In this document: positions 57,647-64,000 of the stretch, in pieces
Layout: each line of letters opens with the position of its first letter
Numbering within the stretch: position 1 is the first letter of the stretch
NCBI GenBank assembly: GCA_944386685.1
Contig: CALXCA010000002.1
Coordinates: 16,649 to 80,648 of the forward strand
Length of the DNA: 64,000 nt
Direction: 5' to 3'
From: an uncultured Clostridia bacterium
GTDB taxonomy: Bacteria > Bacillota > Clostridia > TANB77 > CAG-508
Notes under the pieces: model-generated
Told to the model about the DNA's origin: nothing
The model's input: only the letters and a program-made list of their open reading frames with translations
The model's database searches: none
Program-made: the position numbers and the translations under genes

Positions 57647-60145
57647 ATGTTAAACAAATTTTATTTAGATAAAGAAAAAGATATAATAGTAATTTTAAAA
57701 AAATCAAAAGAAGATGAACTAACATATATATTAGAAACTCCAAATCATAATACAGGAAACTTAATAACCAATTTAGCAAAAATTTGTGGACTAGAAACAA
57801 TAAAAAATGAAAAAGACATGAAAATAATAACAGGAAAAATTCCAGCAAGTATAAATGGAGACAATGAAGAAGTATATATATTTAGACTAGGCGGAATTAA
57901 AATTGCAAATATTTATGAAAATAGAATAGAAATAAAAGCCAAAATACCTGCAATAACAAAAACATTAATGTCTCAAACCAAAAATTACAAACTTCCAATA
58001 GAAAAAACAATTGTAAAAACATACATATTAAAAAAATCAAAATTCAGAACAGATTTACATACACATGCAAATGCAAATTTATCACCAGACTGTTTAATTG
58101 CATTAGGTATAACACATCAAATAAGATATCCATTATATTATATCAAAAAATTAAATTTAAAATTAAATAAAAAACAAGAAGAAAAAATATATAAACAAAG
58201 AGAACAAGTTGAAAAACAATTTGTAGACAGCCCATTACAAGGAAAATATAAAATAAGAAAAATAGATGATAACACATTTATAAATTTTGCAGACTTTATA
58301 TTAAATAATTTAGAAAATGCAACATATAATATAGATAAAATAAGAACAAGTTTAGCAATATTAAAAGATGGTCAAGCAGTTTTTACAAACTTAGAAAAGA
58401 GTTATATATATAGATATGTATTTGCAAAAGGAACAGAATCAGAAGAAAAAATAAGATTAACAGAAGAATTAGCAAATAAAATTCCCGAACCAGATATAAA
58501 AAACTATGTACTAAAAATGTTAAATGATAAAAAAGAAAATAGCCCATATAAAAACAATACCTTAAGACAAGACAAACTATTATGGATTGCAAGAGAATAT
58601 CAAAAACAAGGAATAAAATATGTAGAAATAGCAGATACAGATTTAGCCAAAACAGGAGAGCCAGCAATAAAATTACTAGAAGAAATACATCAAATATTTC
58701 CAACAATTGAAGCGGAAACAGGGGTAAAAATAAGGTTTTTAATAGGAATTAGAAGAATACCATTAACAATTATAAAAGACCAAAAAACAAGTAGTACATA
58801 TTTAAAAGAAAATATAAATGTTTTAAGAGCAGTTGGGAAAAGTCCATATGTTGTAGGAAGTGATTTTATTGGAGAAGAAATTAATGATATTTCAGACTTA
58901 CAACCAGCAATTAAAGAAATAGTAAAATACGTAAATAATGAAGACAATGATTTTACAATAAGAATACATGCTGGAGAAAATGATAGTTTAAGAGACAATG
59001 TAAGAAAATCAATTATGTGTGTAAAACAATCATTAGAAAAAAATCAAAAAATGCCAAGATGTAGAATTGGTCATGGACTTTATTCAGAGAATTTAGATAC
59101 TCAATCTGGAAAAGAATTAATGAATTTAATGAAAGAAACAGGAGTTGTAATAGAATTCCAATTAACATCAAATGTAAGGCTAAACAATTTAAGTTATTTA
59201 GGAAATCATCCAATAAAAACATTTTTAAATAATGGAGTAAAATGTGTTCAAGGAACAGATGGATGTGGAATGTATGGTTCAGATACATTTGATGAACAAT
59301 TAGCTTTGCAAAATTTATTAGGATTAACAGATAATGATTTTGCAAAAATGAGAATTGTTGAAGATGAAATAATTTCAAAAAATGATATTTATTTTAAAGA
59401 AAAAAGTAAAAAGTTTGAACAATTTTTAAATGGTAGAAGCATAAGAGAAGCAATACTTGAAGCAGAAACACAATACACTAAAGAAACAGAAAATCAAGAA
59501 GAACTAAGAATAATAAATAATTTAGAAACAGAAAAAGAACTAAAACAAAAAATAAAACAATTGCCAACAGATAAAGTTCCAGTAATAATTGCAGGAGGAA
59601 GCTTTAATACAAAAGGAAGAGAAACTATTGCTTCTGAAGAAGGATTAAAAGTTTTAAAAGAACTTATAAAAGATATAGATAGTAATAAGGTGTATTTTGT
59701 TATTGGACACAAAATGCAAGGATATGAAAAGGCAGTTGTAGACATAGCCAAAGAACTAAATAAAAACATAGAAATAGATGCAATAGTTCCAAAAATGGTA
59801 ACAGAAAAAGTAAAAAATAGATTACTTAATGAAAATGTAAATGGAATATGTATTTCGCCAGAAACAGAAGAACTAGGTATTTATAAAAGTTTTAATTATG
59901 AAATTTTTGAAAGAAGAAAAGCTGTAGTAATAGCATTTGATGGGAATTCACCAGTTTTAAATTTAGTTCAAGAAGCAAAAAATGGCAAAGGAAAATCTAA
60001 AATATATGTTAATAAAGAAAATACATTATTAAATGAAAAAGCAGAAACTCTTGAAGGATATGTGGTTCCATTCGAAATGCAAAATAATAAGATAATAGGA
60101 AAAATATTTGAAGATAATCCAGAAATATTTAATACTAAAAATTAA
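57647..60145 (+). CDS. Adenosine/AMP-deaminase-family metallohydrolase fused to a C-terminal SLOG (DprA/LOG-like) Rossmann domain; 832 aa
   Basis: ADA-fold motifs are present in order: DLHTHANANL (HxH, about aa 137), RIHAGEND (HAGE, about aa 433), CRIGHGLY (about aa 478) and VQGTDGCG (catalytic Asp, about aa 545). The C-terminal 640-800 segment (VPVIIAGGSFNTKG...YFVIGHK...GICISPETEE...RRKAVVIAFDGNSPVLNLVQEAKNGKG) resembles the DprA/SLOG Rossmann pattern. The N-terminal 135 aa are unassigned. Confidence 0.7.
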   Translation: MLNKFYLDKEKDIIVILKKSKEDELTYILETPNHNTGNLITNLAKICGLETIKNEKDMKIITGKIPASINGDNEEVYIFRLGGIKIANIYENRIEIKAKIPAITKTLMSQTKNYKLPIEKTIVKTYILKKSKFRTDLHTHANANLSPDCLIALGITHQIRYPLYYIKKLNLKLNKKQEEKIYKQREQVEKQFVDSPLQGKYKIRKIDDNTFINFADFILNNLENATYNIDKIRTSLAILKDGQAVFTNLEKSYIYRYVFAKGTESEEKIRLTEELANKIPEPDIKNYVLKMLNDKKENSPYKNNTLRQDKLLWIAREYQKQGIKYVEIADTDLAKTGEPAIKLLEEIHQIFPTIEAETGVKIRFLIGIRRIPLTIIKDQKTSSTYLKENINVLRAVGKSPYVVGSDFIGEEINDISDLQPAIKEIVKYVNNEDNDFTIRIHAGENDSLRDNVRKSIMCVKQSLEKNQKMPRCRIGHGLYSENLDTQSGKELMNLMKETGVVIEFQLTSNVRLNNLSYLGNHPIKTFLNNGVKCVQGTDGCGMYGSDTFDEQLALQNLLGLTDNDFAKMRIVEDEIISKNDIYFKEKSKKFEQFLNGRSIREAILEAETQYTKETENQEELRIINNLETEKELKQKIKQLPTDKVPVIIAGGSFNTKGRETIASEEGLKVLKELIKDIDSNKVYFVIGHKMQGYEKAVVDIAKELNKNIEIDAIVPKMVTEKVKNRLLNENVNGICISPETEELGIYKSFNYEIFERRKAVVIAFDGNSPVLNLVQEAKNGKGKSKIYVNKENTLLNEKAETLEGYVVPFEMQNNKIIGKIFEDNPEIFNTKN

Positions 60146-60299
60146 TAATAAAGTGCATATTTCGTAAAACATTGTATATAATATTTATATAAAATTTAGA
60201 AATAAGTACAGAATGTACTTATAGAAAGGAATAAGAAATAGTTTGAAAATATAATATTTTCGTAACTATGTTGGTCTTATAAGAAGGGAAGAATTTATT

Positions 60300-60494
60300 A
60301 TGAAAATTATAGACAAAATTGCTTTATTATTAATAATTATAGGTGCTATAAATTGGGGATTAATTGGAATATTTAATTTCAATTTAGTAGACACAATTTT
60401 TGGAACAATGTCTGTGATAAGTAGAATAATTTATATATTAGTAGGAATTGCAGGCCTATGGGGAATAAAACTACTTTTTGATAATAATGATTAG
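60300..60494 (+). CDS. DUF378-type small membrane protein (64 aa)
   Basis: Two TM helices, IGAINWGLIGIFNFNLV...ILVGIAGLWGI. Confidence 0.55.
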   Translation: MKIIDKIALLLIIIGAINWGLIGIFNFNLVDTIFGTMSVISRIIYILVGIAGLWGIKLLFDNND

Positions 60495-60495
60495 T

Positions 60496-60567
60496 GTCAA
60501 TGGGGACGGAGATTTTGACAACTTGTTTATTATAAAAGTTGTCAAAATCTCCGTCCCCATTGACAAC
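60496..60567. terminator. Perfect 27-bp-stem hairpin (family 2 module) acting as a terminator
   Basis: gtcaatggggacggagattttgacaac-ttgtttattataaaa-gttgtcaaaatctccgtccccattgac. One arm is identical to the module at 51862-51888. Confidence 0.6.
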
Positions 60568-60718
60568 ATTAACAAAAAATTTCAAAAAACACTTGACAAA
60601 AGTGAAAAAAAGGTGTAAAGTAATATAGCATTACATCTTTTTTTGTTATATAAAATATCAAGAATATTATATAAAAATAAAAATGTAATAAAAGTATTGA
60701 AAGAAAGAAGTAGTAATT

Positions 60719-61066
60719 ATGGATAAAAAAGTAGAAGTAAGTATTTTATGGCAAATATATGGAAAACTATTAACAGAAAAGCAATATCAAATTATAGATA
60801 ATTACTACAACAAAGACTACTCTTTATCAGAAATTTCAGAAAACGAAGGAATAACAAGACAAGCAGTAAGAGATATTATAAAAAAGGGGGAAAAAAAACT
60901 TTTCGAATACGAAGAAAAGCTATTGTTTATGAAAAAGACAATTAATCAAGAAAAATTAGTAGAAAATATATTATCACAATTAAACAAAATTCAAAAAGAT
61001 TCATCAGACAAAAAAGTAAATAATATATTAGAAGAAATTAGAAAAGAATTAAATTGTTTAGTATAA
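60719..61066 (+). CDS. ylxM: YlxM/UPF0122 putative DNA-binding protein upstream of ffh
   Basis: Sigma-70 region-4-like HTH (LTEKQYQIIDNYYNKDYSLSEISENEGITRQAVRDIIKKGEKKL). Conserved position upstream of ffh. Confidence 0.75.
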   Translation: MDKKVEVSILWQIYGKLLTEKQYQIIDNYYNKDYSLSEISENEGITRQAVRDIIKKGEKKLFEYEEKLLFMKKTINQEKLVENILSQLNKIQKDSSDKKVNNILEEIRKELNCLV

Positions 61067-61088
61067 ACAAAAGAAATAGGAGGGAAAT

Positions 61089-62447
61089 ATGGCGTTTGAA
61101 GGTTTATCATCAAGATTACAAGAAATAACAAGAAAAATTAGAGGTAAAGCAAGAATTACAGAATCAGACTTAAAAGAAATGCTTAGAGAAGTAAAACTTG
61201 CCTTACTAGAAGCAGATGTAAACTACAAAATTGTAAAAGAATTTATTTCTACTATTCAAGAAAAAGCACTTGGTCAAGATGTTATGAAATCATTAACACC
61301 TGGACAACAAGTAATAAAAATAGTAAAAGATGAGATGGTAGAATTATTAGGTGGTACAGAAAGTAAAATAAATTTTACTCCAAATCCTCCAACAATAATA
61401 ATGATGGTAGGACTTCAAGGTTCTGGAAAAACAACAACATCAGGTAAATTAGCAAATATACTAAGAAAGCAAGGTAAAAAGCCATTATTAGTAGCATGTG
61501 ATATATATAGACCAGCAGCAATAAAACAACTACAAGTTGTAGGAGCACAACTAAATATTCCTGTATATAGTAATGAAACATCAAAAGATGTTGTACATAT
61601 TGCAAAACAAGCAGTAAGTGTAGCAATGTCAAAATTAAATGATGTAATAATATTAGATACAGCAGGACGTTTACATATAGATGATGAACTTATGCAAGAA
61701 TTAAAAAATCTAAAAGCAAATATAAAACCACATGAAATTTTATTAGTTGTTGATTCTATGACAGGACAAGATGCAGTTAATATAGCCCAAACATTTAATG
61801 AAACAGTAGGAATAGATGGAGTTGTATTAACAAAACTAGATGGAGACACACGTGGTGGAGCTGCACTTTCTGTAAAAAAAGTTACAGGAAAACCAATAAA
61901 ATTTGCTACAACAGGAGAAAAATTAAATGATATAGAAGTATTTAACCCAGAAAGAATGACATCAAGAATTCTTGGGATGGGAGATGTTCTTTCAATAATA
62001 GAAAAAGCAGAAGAAGCAATTTCAGAAGAAGAAGCAGAACAATTAGAGAAACAATTAAGAAAAGATGAATTGGATTTAGATGATTATTTAGCACAAATAC
62101 GTCAAGTCAAAAAAATGGGATCATTTTCATCAATATTAAAGATGATACCTGGAATGAATAAATTTAAAGATTTAAACATAGATGACAAAGAATTTAGTAA
62201 AATTGAAGCAATAATATGTTCAATGACAAAACAAGAAAAAAGAAATGTAAAAATCTTAAATGGAAGCAGGAGATTACGTATAGCTAAAGGCAGTGGAACA
62301 CAAGTTCAAGATGTAAACAAATTTATAAATTCATTTGAGATGACACAAAAAATGATTAAAAAAATGAAAAATGATAAAGGCAGTATGAAGAAAATGATGA
62401 AAGGCATGGGATTAGATAATTTGAAAGGTGGTGATTTTAAATGGTAA
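61089..62447 (+). CDS. ffh: Signal recognition particle protein Ffh (SRP54)
   Basis: N domain, G domain ([21 protein letters not shown]) and a Met-rich M domain (MKKMMKGMG). Confidence 0.95.
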   Translation: MAFEGLSSRLQEITRKIRGKARITESDLKEMLREVKLALLEADVNYKIVKEFISTIQEKALGQDVMKSLTPGQQVIKIVKDEMVELLGGTESKINFTPNPPTIIMMVGLQGSGKTTTSGKLANILRKQGKKPLLVACDIYRPAAIKQLQVVGAQLNIPVYSNETSKDVVHIAKQAVSVAMSKLNDVIILDTAGRLHIDDELMQELKNLKANIKPHEILLVVDSMTGQDAVNIAQTFNETVGIDGVVLTKLDGDTRGGAALSVKKVTGKPIKFATTGEKLNDIEVFNPERMTSRILGMGDVLSIIEKAEEAISEEEAEQLEKQLRKDELDLDDYLAQIRQVKKMGSFSSILKMIPGMNKFKDLNIDDKEFSKIEAIICSMTKQEKRNVKILNGSRRLRIAKGSGTQVQDVNKFINSFEMTQKMIKKMKNDKGSMKKMMKGMGLDNLKGGDFKW

Positions 62448-62674
62448 AAATCAGATTACAAAGAGAAGGAAAGAAAAAAGCTCCTTTTTACCACATAGTA
62501 GTAGCAGACTCTAGATCTCCTAGAGATGGAAAAATAATTGAACAAATTGGAACATATGACCCAATGACAGAACCTTCAACAATAGTATTAAACAAAGAAA
62601 AATTAGAACAATGGATAAAAAATGGTGCACAACCTACAGATACAGTTAAAGCATTAATAAAAAATGCAAAATAA
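62441..62674 (+). CDS. rpsP: 30S ribosomal protein S16
   Basis: [41 protein letters not shown] is the S16 signature. Overlaps the ffh stop. Confidence 0.9.
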   Translation: MVKIRLQREGKKKAPFYHIVVADSRSPRDGKIIEQIGTYDPMTEPSTIVLNKEKLEQWIKNGAQPTDTVKALIKNAK

Positions 62675-62699
62675 TTAAAAGATGTAGGAGGAAAAGTCT

Positions 62700-62921
62700 A
62701 TGAAAGAAGTTTTAGAAACAATAATAAAAAGCTTGGTAGACAATAAAAGTGCAGTTGAAATAAAAGAAATTGATGAAGAAAAAAAAGTAACTTTTGAAGT
62801 AAAAGTTGATGAAAAAGATTTTGGTAAAATAATAGGAAAGCAAGGAAAAATTGCACAATCTATTAGAACAATAATGAAATCTTTATCCAAAAAAAGAGTA
62901 AATGTAGAATTTTTAGAATAA
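62700..62921 (+). CDS. khpA: KH-domain RNA-binding protein KhpA (YlqC)
   Basis: 73 aa with a GKIIGKQGKIAQSIR KH motif. Sits between rpsP and rimM. Confidence 0.75.
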   Translation: MKEVLETIIKSLVDNKSAVEIKEIDEEKKVTFEVKVDEKDFGKIIGKQGKIAQSIRTIMKSLSKKRVNVEFLE

Positions 62922-62952
62922 AATGTAATTTACCATGAAAGGAATGGTAAAA

Positions 62953-63459
62953 ATGCAAAAAAGATTAGAAATTGGACAAATTATAAATACATTTGGAATA
63001 AAAGGAGAAGTCAAAGTTTTTCCATTAACAGATGATATAAAAAGATTTGATGATTTAGAAACTGTATATGTCAAAAACAAAAAAGAGTCACAACTTTATA
63101 ATATAGAAAGTATAAAATATCATAAAAATTTTGTATTAATTAAATTTAAAGAAATAAATACAGTTGAACAAGCAGAAACACTTAGAAATTCATATTTAGA
63201 AGTAGATAGAGCGCAAGCTATACCTTTAAATGAAGGAGAGTATTTTATAGCAGATTTAATAGGACTAGAAGTTTATTCTGATGAAGGTAAATTAATTGGA
63301 AAAGTTGATGATATTTATAATACAGGAGCAAATGACATATATGTTGTAAAAGATGATTTAGGAAAACAAACTTTATTACCAGGAATAAAAGATGTAATAA
63401 AAAATGTAGATTTAGAAAAAGGACAAATTATTGTACATCTTATACCAGGACTTATTTAA
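62953..63459 (+). CDS. rimM: Ribosome maturation factor RimM
   Basis: N-terminal RimM domain (IGQIINTFGIKGEVKVFPLTD) and a C-terminal PRC barrel. An AAAGGA ribosome-binding site lies 9 nt before the ATG at 62953; the track ORF starts at 62935. Confidence 0.8.
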   Translation: MQKRLEIGQIINTFGIKGEVKVFPLTDDIKRFDDLETVYVKNKKESQLYNIESIKYHKNFVLIKFKEINTVEQAETLRNSYLEVDRAQAIPLNEGEYFIADLIGLEVYSDEGKLIGKVDDIYNTGANDIYVVKDDLGKQTLLPGIKDVIKNVDLEKGQIIVHLIPGLI

Positions 63460-63619
63460 AAATAATTATTATTAAAAAAATACTAAAAAGGATAAATAAA
63501 AAATAACAAAATATAGTTATTTGAAGTGGTGTTTTTAAATTCAAAGTGTCTTAATTAAATAATAAAAATATTTTATAGACAAAGTTTGAAGACATGAGTT
63601 TATATAAGGTGAAGGAATA

Positions 63620-64000
63620 ATGAAATTTGATGTTTTAACACTTTTCCCAGAAATGTTTGAACCATTAAATACAAGCATTATAGGAAGAGCTGTAAAAGAA
63701 AAATTAATAGAAATTAATTTAACAAATATTAGAGATTTTTCTAAAGATAAACACAAAAAAGTTGATGATACTCCATATGGTGGTGGCTCAGGAATGGTTA
63801 TGAAACCAGATGTAGTTTATGAAGCATATAAATTTGTTAAAGGTGAGAATGCAAAAGTAATATATATGTCACCACAGGGAAAAGTTCTAAATCAAAATAA
63901 AGTAATAGAATTAAGCAAAGAAAAACATCTTATTATATTATGTGGACATTATGAGGGAATTGACCAAAGAGTAATAGATAAAATAGTTGATGAAGAAATA
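63620..64000 (+). CDS. trmD: tRNA (guanine37-N1)-methyltransferase TrmD, 5' partial (runs off the window)
   Basis: MKFDVLTLFPEMFEP...PYGGGSGMVMKPD...ILCGHYEGIDQRV are the TrmD SPOUT motifs. No stop before the window end. Confidence 0.85.
   Translation, partial: MKFDVLTLFPEMFEPLNTSIIGRAVKEKLIEINLTNIRDFSKDKHKKVDDTPYGGGSGMVMKPDVVYEAYKFVKGENAKVIYMSPQGKVLNQNKVIELSKEKHLIILCGHYEGIDQRVIDKIVDEEI

Overview
The window is AT-rich (roughly 27-30% GC) and the gene content points to a low-GC Firmicutes chromosome of clostridial type: yabG-veg, holB-ricT(yaaT) and a Spo0A-like regulator are all present. Most of it is housekeeping backbone. The recognisable genes, in order, are rsgA, htrA, leuS, dnaG-rpoD, a frameshifted asnB, nth, yabG, veg, lepB, holB, ricT, ferredoxin, ychF, a heterodimeric ABC exporter pair, pyrC-pyrF-pyrK-pyrD, a Phe T-box leader with pheS-pheT, mscS, and ylxM-ffh-rpsP-khpA-rimM-trmD. 

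The accessory content is as follows.
- **Integrative mobilizable element (28044-36307, about 8.3 kb).** It is bounded by a 12-bp direct repeat that is the 3' end of tRNA-Pro(TGG). It carries an integrase, a Xis-like HTH protein, a replisome organizer, MobC, a relaxase that looks frameshifted, an XRE repressor with operator repeats, a Schlafen/AlbA_2-HATPase protein, 11-bp iteron-like tandem repeats and a candidate oriT.
- **Adenosine-deaminase family protein (57647-60145, 832 aa).** It has the HxH / HAGE / RIGHG / TDG motifs and a C-terminal SLOG(DprA/LOG)-like Rossmann domain, and may be a nucleotide-signal-gated deaminase effector. It sits in a membrane-protein-rich islet.
- **Type I toxin-antitoxin candidate (27098-27432).** A 33-aa hydrophobic peptide is paired with a convergent consensus antisense promoter.
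- **Three intergenic repeat families.** One is a 201-bp MITE-like element with 20-bp terminal inverted repeats, present twice, plus a related nested palindrome. The second is a mosaic set of hairpin modules downstream of four genes. The third is a 22-bp x6 tandem array flanked by a 'gaaccggcac' inverted repeat.
- **Smaller items.** A promoter-terminator-delimited small-RNA candidate lies upstream of the pheS T-box. A Spo0A-like regulator lacking the N-terminal acidic pair sits beside a sigma-factor fragment. There is a tRNA-Arg/DinD-like islet with a disrupted ORF.

No CRISPR array or rRNA gene was seen.
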